A stretch of 64,000 nt of DNA from Takakia lepidozioides (Eukaryota; Plantae; Bryophyta), in contig CM060733.1 in NCBI GenBank assembly GCA_030704615.1, forward strand, positions 46,748,001 to 46,812,000, read 5' to 3'. The notes beneath the pieces were generated by a model, which saw nothing but the letters and a program-made list of their open reading frames with translations, was not told where the DNA came from and made no database searches. A program made the translations under genes and the position numbers. Positions 13,300 through 26,412 of the stretch are shown piece after piece. Position 1 is the first letter of the stretch, and every line of letters begins with the position of its first letter.

Positions 13300-15217
13300 T
13301 GAACAATTTATTGAACGAATCAGGAAAAACAGCAGCAAGTTCTCCATGAAGACCCACAGCATGCCATGCTTATGAGTTCCATAAGCATGACTCTCAATCT
13401 ATTGGGCACCTATGTCAAGACTTATGTTCCTTCCACTCAATTGGCAGCATTGCGGAAGGAGCTCAAGCAAGAGTTTGAGGCAAGAATTGCCACTGAGTAT
13501 GTAAACAGGGCGGATATGGAGGCCAACCTCAAGTTGTAGAAAGAGTTGGAGGACACTAAAGCTGCCCTACAGCTTACGAAGGAAAATTTAATTCAAGCAG
13601 GTCTTGAGCAAGAGAAGTTGCATGAAGTGCATAAGCAACAGCTATACCAGATACAGATTCAGCATGAGGGCAAGTTTGCATAAAGTGAAGTTGCTTCATA
13701 CAGAATTGGAAGCAGTCCATCAGAAAATGAATTTACCGTGTGCCACACTAACGACTAATCTGGAGATGGCTGCAGTGGAAGTCAAGAACCAAGCTGAGAT
13801 ATGTATAACGGTGGAGACAGAGTCAATAGAGCAGAGGAAACTCATTGCTAACATGAAGGCTACTATCTGTCGCAATGAGGATACCATTCAGCAATTCCAC
13901 CGGGTCGATGCCCAAAAGGACAAATATATCTTTGAATTGCAGCAAACAATCACAGTACGGGAGAATGAACTTTCTGTGAGTGAAAGGGCCTGGAAAGAAG
14001 CCAATAATCTGTCAGCTGTCTATGCAGCTCTGATTGAACCTCATGCGAAGCGCTTGGAGAGTTTACAACAACACTTGGAAGGATACCGGCTCAAGGAGGA
14101 GCAGGATCTCCGTGGTGTTACACAGGATAAGTTGGTGGATAATCATCTTTTGCAAGAATGGTTAACACAAGGGCCAGTGGAAGGGAAAGCACCAAGAAAA
14201 CTCACCCAAGACGAGATGAATGATCTGAGGCTACAGGTGCAGAACATTGTCACAATCACTATAGACAATGTCTATAGTCGGATAACTGAGTTACAGGAGA
14301 ACGTAGAAGGGCTGCAGACTCAAGTAGATGACTTGAGCTCCAACATTGACAAAATGGTCTTTGTTCCTGAGGAACAGCTCATGGCTACCTATTTGCACGC
14401 AAAAGACTTTGATTTTCCAATCTTCAACACAGGAAGTGCAGGACTTGCCAACATCAGGAGGGACTGTGGCAACAACATCACAGCAACCACACCAGGTCGA
14501 CAATGTTGATACCATGGCACTGCAGCAATCACTGTCTGAGGTTTGGGGTGATGCTTCTTTTAACCCACCTACTACTCCTGCTGCACTTGAATACAATCGG
14601 GCTATGAGGTACCTAGTTTGGTCATGGGTTGTGGACTGTATTATGTTGTTTGTTTCACGCTATCACATTGAGCAGCAGAAGATGCAGATGAGATTTTAGA
14701 CTTATTCTAGTGGGGAGCATTGGATGTTACCTTCAGTTCCACCATATACATATATATATGATGTAAGGATCATGCTTTAGAACTTCGTTCTTGGTTTACT
14801 TTTGCTCTGGAGAATTTGGGTCTTGACCACATTTTTCCCAAGGGGCATGAAGCTAGGAAGTGGCTACACTTCTCCAAAGTCATTGGCTCACCACTCAGCT
14901 ATACAGATGATGAGCTATGGACATATACTAATCTTGCCTGAAAGAGGTTGACACAAATTTTACAATATAAGCTTCCAAACATGGTGGGCATACACTGTAT
15001 GTCAGTCAAGATTCTTACGAAGCCACCGAAGGTCAGGAAACAGTACGGCCAACGAGGGGAAGATGATTCCGATACTACTGGTTCTGTGGAGGAAACTTTT
15101 GACATGGCTGAGGATTATGCGATACAAATGGCGGAAAAGAGACGACGGGGATCTCCTATGCCTGAAAAGTTACCTCCATATCAGCCTAAGGCAGGACAGT
15201 CAAATCCATCTAGTTGA
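13300..15217 (+). pseudogene. Degenerate long coiled-coil ORF, probably an extra ORF of an LTR retrotransposon
   Basis: Heptad E/K/Q/L-rich peptide continuing across frameshifts (13604-14509 is the largest piece); followed at ~15335-15362 by GAGGACACGGCTTTTTGAGAGGGGG, resembling a Gypsy PPT region. Confidence 0.45.
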
Positions 15218-15859
15218 CAGTCATCCCACCAACCAGCGACATGGCTCGGGTTCAGACAAAGAGCCCTCCGAGGGACTCTCACCGACAAAAGGGTGCTCGT
15301 TCACAAAGGTTTGCTGATCCTAAACAGTAAACCGTGAGGACACGGCTTTTTGAGAGGGGGATGGATAACGTTGGAGGATTGTCTGGGACTTAGACAGTTT
15401 TACGGGTTCTGTGGGGTACCCTTAATTTTGTGCAGACCTACGGTGGTAGACTCAGACCAATACAAACCTTAGGGGTGACAAACACAGGCCTTAGAGGTAG
15501 TAGACAGGCTTACACAATCAGTCACAGCCTTACACAGCCCGACACAGCCAGTCAGTCACAGCCTTACATCTCATCTTTGGCTTTGGCCCTGGTTTAAGAG
15601 GGAATTCCACATGTCCTTTTCCGTTGTTCAAATTTTAAGCAATTTTCATTTCTCATAATTTTTATTTGGTGGTCTAACTTTTTATCCTCTCTCATGTTTT
15701 CTTCGGATCCATTTTCTCCCATGAGAACCAGACGCTTCGCAAAGTCGTTATATAATGCCAGGTTCTTTCCAAATCTCATAGGGTGTATTTTATTTATTTA
15801 TTTATTGGCAATTTAGGATTTTGGATTGACATACCTTTTTTATACCTTGCTTTTTATGT

Positions 15860-17205
15860 TAGCATTACCCCTAACCCTTACCCTTTTATGCAAATGGCCC
15901 ATGAACTATTCATACCATAACCATAGCTATAACCATAACCATTATGGTTATTGAAATGTCTTCTCCCTTCACATTTGCGCTAGCTTTTTCCTTTGTTTTG
16001 GATTGACATGCACTTAGGCATGTTACAGTTTGCTTTCTATGTTACATCTTAATACCAGGTTCCAAGGACGAGTCTTCCATTTCAATACTTGTCCATAATA
16101 TTAGGTTCTTCATTTTTATTTTGCTTACTAGTACCCTACTAACAACACTAAGTTGTAGCGACTGGAGTTTCCATAAGTGATTGTCTATTTTGTAACTTAA
16201 ACAAAAATCCTAAACCCCTACCCTAAACCCTTACTATAAAACCCTAAACATTTACCCTTAACCCAATACCCCAGAACCCTTTCCCTTCCCTTTGCAAATG
16301 GGAATCAACTATCCATACCATAACCATAACCATTTTGGTTATCCAAATCTCTTCAATGTATCCAAATTTTCATTTTGTACCCTACTAACACATACTAAGT
16401 TGTAGTGAATGCGAGTCTTCCAGCATGTATGCTCACCATTGTTGCCTTCAACCCAAACCCTAAACCCTCGTCGGAAACCCTAAGCAAAACCCTACGCCAT
16501 TATTACGTCTAAACCCTTACCCTTCCCCTGCAAATGGGAATGAAGTATCCATACCATAACCATAACTATTATGGTTATTCAAATCTCTTCGCCCTTCATT
16601 TTGCGCAAGGTTTTGCCATTGGTTTGGATTGACATGCACTTACCTTCTTTATCGAACTTTGCTTTCTATGTATCTTAATACTAGGTTCCAAGGACGAGTC
16701 TTTCATTTAAATACTTGTCTGATGCAATGACTACACTTCCATAATATTAGGTTCTTTATTTTTATTTTGCTGACTACCTTACTAACAACACTAAGTTGTA
16801 GCGACTGGAGTCTTCCATAAGTGTTTGTCTATTTTGTAACTTAAACAAAAACCCTAATCCCTACCCTAAACCAGGCTTATTATAAAACACTAAACATTTA
16901 CCTTTAACCCATTATCCCTGAACCTTTACCTTGCCTTTGCAAATGGGAATCAACTATCCATACCATAACCATAACCATTATGGTTATCAAAATCTCTTCA
17001 ATGTTACATCCAAATTCTCATTTTGTACCCTACTAACACACACTAAGTTGTAGCGAGTACGAGTCTTTCCGGCATGTAGCTCACCATTTCTGCCTTCAAC
17101 CCAAACCCTAAACCCTCGTCGGAAACCCTAAACAAAACCCTACGCCATTGTTAGTCTAAATCCTTACCCTGCAGATAGGAGTGAAGTATCCATATCATAA
17201 CCGAT
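15860..17205. repeat. ~645-bp tandem duplication built from older subunits, with degenerate telomere-like AAACCCT motifs
   Basis: CAAATGG...TATCCATACCATAACCATAA recurs at ~15890, 16296, 16531, 16940 and 17172; AAACCCTAAACCC patches. Confidence 0.8.
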
Positions 17206-17308
17206 TATGCCAGAGTTTTCATAGAGAAGGTCAATTATACTCTTTGACAGATTCCACAGCTCTTTGAATCGGTTAAACACATCGCTCTTATGTGCTATGC
17301 AATAGACT

Positions 17309-17680
17309 ACTTTCTCTATACAAAGGAGAAATCACAGTCCCTGTCGTTGCAAGGCACCAAAGGCCAGTGACAACTATTCCAAATCAACCTACGTTCTAAA
17401 AGCACAACACCGGCTATAGCATCCGGTCCACCCAGCCACCACGCCGTGCTACACACAAATTTCCTGTCGATGTAGATCTGCTCTAGACGCCTGTACGCCA
17501 TCATCCTTTCTTCAACTTGCCATCTCCAAGCACGCCTCAAAAATCCCTAGTCTTGGATCTCAGCTTCATGCACGCGAGCCTGCTCCATTTTACCTGCAAC
17601 TGTCAATTCGGCGATATTCTAGCAGTGTCTTGTTATTCCAAACTGGTTGACAGGTCAATCTTCGTTCCTGGCACCTAACA
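17309..17680 (-). mobile_element. Outer half of the Gypsy 5' LTR, followed by TSD GATGG (17681-17685)
   Basis: Near identical to ~6941-7319; ends ...CACCTAACA|GATGG. Confidence 0.92.
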
Positions 17681-18703
17681 GATGGGGACACTGGAGCAAG
17701 AAGTGTAATGAAGATCCGTGCATTATTAAAGGATGCAAGAGAGATTGTAAGTCGCATAAGTCAGGAAGCCAAACAAATGTCATGGAAGGAGAATTTACAG
17801 AGAGTGATGCGTTTCTTGTAGAAACAAAACTTGCCAATGATGGTGGGAGCATGAGCACTCATGTATCTTCAGCAATTCCAAGCGGAGATGAGATGCATGC
17901 AGACGATCATGAAGAGTTCACAACAGATAATGCAAGTGGACAATGGGTTTGCACTTATGCATATATCTCACTTCCTGATCGAGGCCAGAATATTTGGATC
18001 GTAGATTCTGGAGCTTCAGAGCATATGACCTTTCATCGGGAATGGTATGCAATGGTGGAACCCATCGACGAAGGAGTTTGGGGGGTCAAAGTTGCAACAG
18101 ATCTTCAAGTCTGGGTGAGAGGAGTATGAGACATCGAAATAGAATCCTATGTCGATGGAAGGTGGACAAGAGGTACACTGAAACGAGTCGAGCTAAGAAG
18201 GAACCTCGTGTCTGTCACACAGCTTACAAAGCATGCTTATATAGACAAAATACTTGTAAATTCTATGCAGAGCAAGGAGAGTCTAAGCTTGTCATGGCAG
18301 GAGTCAGAGAAGGTCAACTATGGAAGTTGGACATTAAGGTCATCAAGCCAGAGATTGCACAAGCTAACACAGTCTTAGCAGAGATTGGTTCAATGATACA
18401 AAAATTAGATACTATTGAGAATTGGCACAAACGATTTGGACATGTTAATCCAGAAATGCTTAAGATAATGGAGAGGAAAGGAACTGTGACAGGTCTTTCA
18501 ATTTCACATCAAATGAGTGATATACCATTTTGGGAGGGATGCGTTCATGGGAAGAGTCACCGTCAGAGTTTCCCTAAACATAGCCAGAGAGAGAAAGTCA
18601 GTGCTTCAGGTCTGTTCTATCATGTAGACGTAGTTGGTCCAATGCAGCAGACATCTATTGGAGGGGCTAGGTATTTTGTGAATTTCAAAGATGACTATAG
18701 TGG
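17681..18703 (+). mobile_element. Continuation of the Copia: zinc knuckle end, protease, GAG-pre-integrase and start of integrase
   Basis: GHWSKKC, WIVDSGASEHMT, WHKRFGH...CVHGK, HVDVVGP..FKDDYS, then abrupt truncation. Confidence 0.92.
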
Positions 18704-19052
18704 AGTGTAAATCCTATGACTTAGGCTTCATCAGGTGTTGATTTGAAGAGTGACAATGCAGATTTGATTCTAGTTACTGTTTGGGACAAGAAAGATTTGC
18801 TTAAGGCTTGTGAATACACTTCTGTGAAGAACAGGGGTGAACGACCGTTGGACTGGTGTGGTCTCTGTTACGGTCCGAATCAATGAACGGTGACTGGAAT
18901 AAAAGAAGATGGTCACATGAGTCCATATTGACGTTGATTCAAGCAAGCAGATTTCTTGGGATCCTGATAGATTCCCTATGAACGGGCCTGAATTTGTTCT
19001 GTAGTTGGACTGAGGAAAGAGAGTCAGATCCTTTTCAAGTGGTATCAAAGCC
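18704..19052 (+). mobile_element. Inner half of the Gypsy 5' LTR (inverted relative to the other half) plus tRNA-iMet PBS
   Basis: Reverse complement of ~6595-6943; ends ...CTTTTCA at 19037; PBS TGGTATCAAAGCC at 19040-19052. Confidence 0.92.
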
Positions 19053-19156
19053 GTTTTGCGATCGGGAAGAACAGATTGTGAATTTCGGAATTTCCAGAAA
19101 TAGGGTAATCGTGTGAATGAGCCAGATCTCGTTCGGCTCTGTGAGCACACACCCCG

Positions 19157-20852
19157 GTGACGACGATCATGATAGTGAAATGGCGGGAGACCGTGAGCGC
19201 AGATGCGGCCAGTCTGCACCGAGCTTCAGATCGCGAACATGGAAGTCAGTTGTTTTCCCAGCAACAGATGGAGGCCTTAAGTACTTTGATTCGATTTGAG
19301 ATACAGAAATTGGCCCCTGCACAAACTCAAACTGAAAATCGATCTAGGGAGCTGCCTATGAGTGAGCCACTGAATGAGGACGAATCTGAGGCTGACTCCC
19401 ATGAGGCCAAGATGAAAAGAAGCAAGGATGTCACCAGGGAAATCAGAAGATTAGTGTAATTGCCAGAATTTTATGGTAAGCCATCTGTCAAGCCCGAGGA
19501 AATATTGTCTTTCCTGGATACATTAGAAGAGTTCTTTGAGGACGATTATTCAGAGGAAGCCAAGATACAGACAGCTGCTCTACAGCTCCGTGATGCCGCC
19601 AAACTATGGTGGTCGCGCTAGAAGCAGGAACGCCGTGAACACAAGAAACCACCTGTGGATAGTTGGGCTATGTTTAGGACACTGTTCTTAGCCCACTACC
19701 TACTTGGTGACTATGCACACAAGATGAAAGTTGAATTGTTCAGGCTGAAACAAGAGACTATGAGCGTGGGAGAGTTTAAGACGAGATTTGAAACCCATGC
19801 CAGTTATTTCCCCTCGTTGAGTGAAGAGGACAGAGTTGATTTTTTTGTTGATGGCCTCAGTGATTCTCTCATATTTAAGGTCAAAGCCCACAACCCTCGT
19901 ACCGAGGCAGAAGCATATCGTTTGGCCTGTAATTTTGAGAATGAAGTGAGGGCACAACGTTCTTCGAATTTTGCTCGTGGCACGGCAGAGTTCAAGCCTA
20001 GATCATCTGGTCCTTGGCAGTCACCAGCGAAGAGAGGGAATTGGAAGAGATTTAAACCGTTTAAGAAGGTGGGGGATCAAACTATACAGAGACCGCCAAT
20101 GAGGGCTCATCCAAGGCTCAGTTTCAAAGAGCAGGAAGAACACAGGCGTAAGGGTTTGTGTTTCTTGTGCCATGAACCCGGACACAGAGCTGCTGAGTGT
20201 ATGAAGTACCCGAATTATCGTCAGGCTCGACAGACAGCCGCCTTGACAGTTGAAGAACCTGCAGAACCTTGTGTGGCTGTTGAAACTGGGGAGAAGTCAG
20301 GACAAGAAAAAGGGAAAGGTCCTAATGTGCGGGTTTCTACAGCTATCATTGGAGACCAAATAGAGCATGACCCCAGTGTGATACGGGTTCAGCGGAGAGT
20401 GGCTGGAATTCCCACTCAAGTGCTCATTGATACAGACAGCACTCATAACCTATTGTCAAAGGATTTTGCTGACAAGTTGGGACTAGTTCAAGAAGACATG
20501 CAACCCTGTCAAATCCTGTTACGAGATGGTGGCGTGGACTCTACGCACAAACACATCCCAAAGGTACCGATGGTCATGCAAGGAGTACAAACTATGGCTG
20601 GCTTCGAGGTCTGGGAGGGAGCTCGGTACGACTGCATCCTTGGCATGCGGTGGCTGGATCTGGTTGATGTTGTGGTGGCTTGCAAATCCGGACTGGTTAG
20701 TGGTACCTTGCCCAACGGGAAGGGATTCAATATCAAAGGTACTAGAGCTCTTCCCAATGTACCTGTCTTGTCAGCTATTCAGATGAAAAGATGTATGCGG
20801 AGGGGAAATGCTCAGCTTTTTACTGTTAGCTTGCATGAGGTCTTGGAAACAA
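19157..20852 (+). mobile_element. Gypsy gag-protease (degenerate)
   Basis: SWAMFRTLFLAHY, LKQETMSV, zinc knuckle CFLCHEPGHRAAEC, protease LIDTDSTHN...ILGMRWL; stops upstream of 19655. Confidence 0.92.
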
Positions 20853-21197
20853 AAGAAACTTATTCTTGATGGTGACCTTATTTAACCATCTATAGTCCAC
20901 ACACAGTCTCAAAGTCCCGTCTTTCTTCTTCTTAAACATTACAGGGGCACCCCAAGGGGATTTACGTGGACGTATATACCCCTTTTCCAACAGGTCATTC
21001 AACTGCCTTTCTAACTCTTCACTTTCTGCAATTGAATGCCTGTACGGTGCCCTTGCAACCGGTACAGCATCTGACATCAACTCAATAGCATGATCAACCT
21101 CCCGTTCAGGGGGCATCCCAGGGATCTCATCAGGAAACATATCTTTATATTCATTCAGGATTAGGCCAAGTCTGGGATGTGACTTCCTTTCTCCCTA
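20853..21197 (-). mobile_element. Locally inverted ~345-bp N-terminal piece of the Gypsy RT
   Basis: [20 protein letters not shown]...[25 protein letters not shown] on the minus strand between plus-strand protease and RT. Confidence 0.9.
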
Positions 21198-21199
21198 AA

Positions 21200-21752
21200 C
21201 GATTTGTTTGACTATCTATATGGGAGTCAAGTTTTTTCAAAACTTGATCTTCGGTTTGGATATCATCAGATACGGATCAAGAATTCTGACATACCAAAGA
21301 CAAGATTTCGATCTCGTTTTGGTCATTACGAATTCTTGGTGATGCCATTTGGGCTCACGAATGCTCCAGCAACATTTACTCATCTGATAAATTCTCTGTT
21401 CCAAAAATATTTGGGGAAGATGGTCCTAGTCTACATGGATGATATACTAATATACTCGAAGTCTGAAGAAGAACATGAACAACATTTACGCTTGGTCTTA
21501 GACATACTGAGAGAGAACCACCTGTTTGCTAAGAGAAGCAAGTGTGAGTTCTTTGTAGACCACATGGATTACTTGGGATTTTGCATCTCCAAAGATGGAA
21601 TCTCAATTAATCCTAAGAAAGTCCAAACAGTGGTTGAATGGCCTAAACCAAGTGATAAGACTGAGGTCAGGAGCTTTATTGGGTTTGCTAGCTTCTTACG
21701 GAAGTTTGTCAAATCTTTTTCACAGATTGCAGCCCCATTGACTGACCTGCTT
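21200..21752 (+). mobile_element. Gypsy reverse transcriptase core, broken after LTDLL
   Basis: FSKLDLRFGYHQ, MPFGLTNAPATF, YMDD. Confidence 0.93.
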
Positions 21753-24697
21753 AGCATTCCGCTGCAAGGTTCTTTAGGCCCAGTTCCTTTGTGGTTGGTT
21801 GCCTGCACACTCAGCCAACTCCCCTACACTTTCATAGAGGTACAGAAACTTGTGAATATTGCAGTCTTGCACTTGCAGATTGCAACAAAGCTACATCACT
21901 GGCATTGAAACTGTGTACCAAAGTGGATACATTATTTAGATTTTATGCACAGAATCTGTCAGGGAGATTTTTGGGGAGCACTGTTCCGCACATATTTCAC
22001 GAGCATGGTGTGGGAGGAGGATCTGAAAATGGTACTGGGGAGTAACTGGTTGTCTGAGTGTGTTGGTAAGGGAGTTGGGAGTTTCCCAGCCACCTACAGA
22101 GCTGCTCCTTGCGCGCACCTTTTATTGGCTCTCCCAGGATCTGTAACATTTGACGCATGTTGCCTTTCAGTCAAGGTTCCCTGAAGCATTTCAACTGCAA
22201 GGACTTCAAACTTACAACCCAAGAGACAAACCCACTCTGAACTACGACCTTTAGAAAGAAACATAGAACTTCTACCTGAAGATGACACCCGTGATCATTG
22301 GGAGCAGTGGGACCTCCATTGTACAACAATTAAGAGAGCTTCCTCATAGACAACAAGATCACACCCTGCTTTCATGTTGCGCAGGAGATCAGAGCAAAGG
22401 AGACTTTCTTCGCCGCCATAATCAAACCTTCTATGCCCTACAATTGTCTGTTGGAAAGAGCACTACAAATCCCTCAAGCTCAGGCATACATCCAAACCCA
22501 CTCTGGCAGGTCTACAAGATCAAATGACATAGCAGCGGTAAATTGATCCTTGATTCCTTGCACATCAAGGATGTATCCAGGTAAAAGGACATCACAGACG
22601 GTCACTGCAGATAGGATGTGATGCACTCAAAAACAGATAATTTCTGAAGGATTTGAAGGAACCACCAGTGCTTACAGCCGTGTGGTTGCCAAATGTTTGG
22701 CTCCATTGGAATCATTTTGATGCCGAAGATATCGCAAAAGCCTGAATGTCTCCAATGTCCAGTGCCCGCCACAACCTGTTGAGGAACGAGCATGGAGCTT
22801 GATTAGCGAATGGTTAGGACATTGCTTAAATTTGTCCACAGTATATATGCTCGGGAAAGACAGCCCCCTGAAACCAAATTAATCACCCCAATTGGGGGAG
22901 ATGCTAGCCAGCGGGGCAGAGATATTCCCAGGGAAGGAGAACCTGCCTGTTCCACTAACCTGAAAGCCAACACCATGAGCACAATCTGCAGTACAGCTCT
23001 GAACAAATATAACCCCAGGCAGAACTCAAGCATGATATGAAAAGATATCCAACAAATTGATAACTAATGAGTTGCCTGGCAAAAGACTGAGGCTCCAGAG
23101 AGGAGATTAGGAAGTGTGAGAGAATCTATCTTCTACCCCCCTTCTTGACGATTTGGTGAAGAACCTTGGTTTTCCTTCAAACACAAGGCTCTCATGACTT
23201 GGACGAAGTATAATTTGAGAACCTTGAAGCAATTGGATGCCTCTAAGGTCCATGGTTTGAGAACTCTGAAGGCAAAAATGTTTGTTGCATAGATATGGCT
23301 GGAGCAAAAGGGGATTGTGAACTGGTCGCATTTCTAAGAGCTGGAATTGGGTCACCAGCAGTGTCCCTAGTAGCATTCTGGAGCTGCTGCAGCAAGGTCC
23401 CTCCTCTCTATTTTCAAATTGCAAATTGATACTGAACCACTTAAAACTCGAAAGAGAAGGGGAAGAGAAACTGAAAGCAGAGAGAACCAAGCAGAGAAGC
23501 GTAGAGAGTGACACAAAGCCAGTAAGGTCAAAAGTGACTCTTTGAGATCATACAAGTCATTACTTGTTACTCTGTCACACAACATATAGGAGAGAGCAAG
23601 GAAAAGGGAAGGAAGGGATTACAACATCGCATACTAGTCCAAATACTAGAGGCAGAACAAACTAAGAATGTAAAGTGCCACTCCAGATGAATACAATGAA
23701 GATCAGGTCTTGAATATTCTAAGAATGTGGGATGCGGAATGTCTTGACTTCCATAATCAGCTATATTTCTCTGCCCCTTCGGCGCATAACTCAGATGAAG
23801 TCCACACTATAGAAGGAATTTCTCCAGCATGCAAACTAAAATTCAACTAAGTCTGCCTACCAGCCGCCTTCACTGCCTAGAAAGTTTGAAATTCACAATC
23901 CATACTCAGGTTCAAAGACGCGAGGCCTTGTGCTGTTTCAAACTAGATAATCTAGTAAGTAGTCAGATAGTTTGATGCCAGCTCACCTTGGCCATGACTT
24001 CTACCTTGTCCATGGTATTTACCGCCTGTGTACACTGAAGCTTGACAAGCGCTTGCCTTCCTCCCACCATTGGCGCTTGTATGCAATCTTGACAGGGTCA
24101 GGGGTTTTGATGCCATATGTGCGACTATAATGTCAGAGTGCTCTTACCAGAACTTATACAGCGCATCCTCACTGGCATTGAGACAGACAAACGAAAAAGT
24201 TCTCTATGCAGCATCAAAGAGGAAGTGACTGCATACTGTTTGGACTTCCACCTTTGATCGTTTATTGAAGAGAGAAGAATAGCGACACAAATTGCCCGAA
24301 GCCCCGACAGAACAGCTTCAACAATGTCTCTAAGCAAACCTTCTCTGTGATGCGTGGATGCGAGAGACCATGTCACTAATGATGCGTTCACTCATCGGAA
24401 ATAGAAGTCTGGCACCTAAAGAGTTGTTACGAACACCTTCCTGCTCCTCACAGATTGGCAAGACAGACCTCAGCAACCACAAGCAGAAGAAGTCTGTGCT
24501 CACATGCTTTAAGCCTTACAAAATAGAAGATTTCCTTGCATCTGCTCTTTCGTTGCCAATTGTGCGCCTGCTTTCTTCCTATGTAGACATTAGAAGTGCG
24601 CCAGCACTTCTTCCTCCTCCAAATTCTGTTTTCCTGCCTCCGTGACTAACCTGGCTGTGCGCAGCTCACTCTCCCGGTGCCCCTCTGCATTTCTCCC

Positions 24698-25324
24698 TCA
24701 CCTGCCTCGGCTAAGAGCTTTCTCGGCGTCCTTCACCTCTTCCAAAATACGATCCCTGCGCTTGACAGGAATTGGGTAGGTAGGGCCAAAACTGATATAG
24801 TGGCCTGATATGGCGTTCAAGACCGAATACATGTTACTGAAGGATGGCTTGCCCGCCACCTTCTTCTCCCTCCTGTACTTTGCAACCCAGTCATTTGATG
24901 TCTGCCTCAGGGAAGCTACTGCATCTGCCTTGGCGGGGTTCGTCTTATCCAGATTGAGAGTGGTTTTCACTGCATTAATCACGTCCTGTGTCTCCTTCTT
25001 GTAGTCTTCGTCATAATCAGCCAATGCTGGACCAACACTTGCAAGGGCGACCATTCCAGAGATGGTGGCAAACGTTATATCTCTTCTAGAGACTGATGCC
25101 AGGGCTTGAGTATGTCCTTCTGCAATCCCATTGCCATTGGGCTTGTCTAAGCATCTGTTTTTCTCACAAGTCTGTGCAGAGACTAACAGTGAGAAACGCC
25201 TGCCAACTTTCGGAAAGAAATCACTTGGCAATGCAGACGATGGGTGTTTAAACAGGGAGCTGGCGTGGGTGAAACGGGTATGGAGGGATGCATTGACGGA
25301 GATTTGCACAGCCGTCGACGCCAT
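24698..25324 (-). CDS. PSB27: Photosystem II assembly/repair protein Psb27, chloroplast lumen precursor (208 aa from MASTAV; intronless)
   Basis: Ser-rich transit peptide, twin-Arg SRR + hydrophobic stretch + ALA cleavage site, mature domain LRQTSNDWVAKYRR...SFSNMYSVLNAISGHY.SFGPT.PIP.KR..RI. Confidence 0.95.
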   Translation of the reverse strand: MASTAVQISVNASLHTRFTHASSLFKHPSSALPSDFFPKVGRRFSLLVSAQTCEKNRCLDKPNGNGIAEGHTQALASVSRRDITFATISGMVALASVGPALADYDEDYKKETQDVINAVKTTLNLDKTNPAKADAVASLRQTSNDWVAKYRREKKVAGKPSFSNMYSVLNAISGHYISFGPTYPIPVKRRDRILEEVKDAEKALSRGR

Positions 25325-26412
25325 AGCTGCAAGCAGCGAGACGAGCACGAGCACCCACAAGATAGCATTTGGCAAGCTGCCATGTCATGCACAAACGCAT
25401 ATACAGAATGCTGGAAGTCCGGATTGCATGACATGGCAGCCTGCCATTAGCTTATACTTGTCTATTGAGAAATTTTAACAGTGCATTGTTGGAGGGGTTG
25501 AATAGCTTAAAATATGAGAACAGTGCGATTTGATGCTCTTCCACCGTGCCTTTCCAACATTATCAGCCCCAGAAAAAGGCACCATCAATCCTTGTAACAC
25601 CGTCACCCACTCTGTAATTTGAACCCTGAACCTCATCTCCCTTAATCACAAACCAGCCTGTATAGACATGCATACCCATGTGCCATGCAGCATAGCATGG
25701 AGGCTTGGAGCATCAGGAACCCTAGACCCCCCCTACTTAAACCCTCCAACTTGCTGCACTGCACACTCTTGCGCTTGTCTCTACTCGTCTCCCTCTGCCC
25801 CCTCCCTCTGCTCCCTGCCCCTCCTCCAGCGACACAGAGCGGCAAGTAGGAGAGGGAGAGATCGATAGCGAGAGACAGAGAGGTAAGTAGGAGAGGGAGA
25901 GATCGATAAGAGAGACAGAGAGGTAGATCGGAGCGGTTGTAGGAGAGGGAGAGGTCGATAAGAGAGACAGAGAGGGAGATAGTCCTCACGAGAGATATCC
26001 GTGTTCTTTGGCAATCTGTGCAACATGTCGGACTGCTTGTATTTGCGACATGCCGGGCTGGTCATTGACGCGACAAAGGGATGTTTGGTTGGATCGATGA
26101 TGGTGGGCCTCGATTCTATGGCAGTGACTCGGTGGCTACAGCTGGAGGCTTGATCTGTTACACCATCCAACAATTTCATGACAATGAAATCATTTTATAC
26201 AATCACGCAAATGATTACGAGAGATATCCGTGTTCTCTGTCAATCTGTGCAACATGTCGGCCTGCTTGTATTTGCGACGTGCCGGATGCCAAGCAAGACC
26301 GAGGGAGACAGAGGCATGTTTGGTTGGATCGATGACGGTGCACATGACCAAGGTTGAGGTCGATGAAATTAAGAGGTTGCAGTGTCGCCTATGAGTGCAG
26401 ACATTCGGCCTG

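Noticed and set aside
21753-24650. Several 60-135 aa ORFs downstream of PSB27
   Set aside because: No recognisable domain or consistent frame
25325-25375. N-terminal extension of PSB27 in the ORF track
   Set aside because: Starts at a non-ATG codon; ATG at 25324 gives a typical MAS- transit peptide
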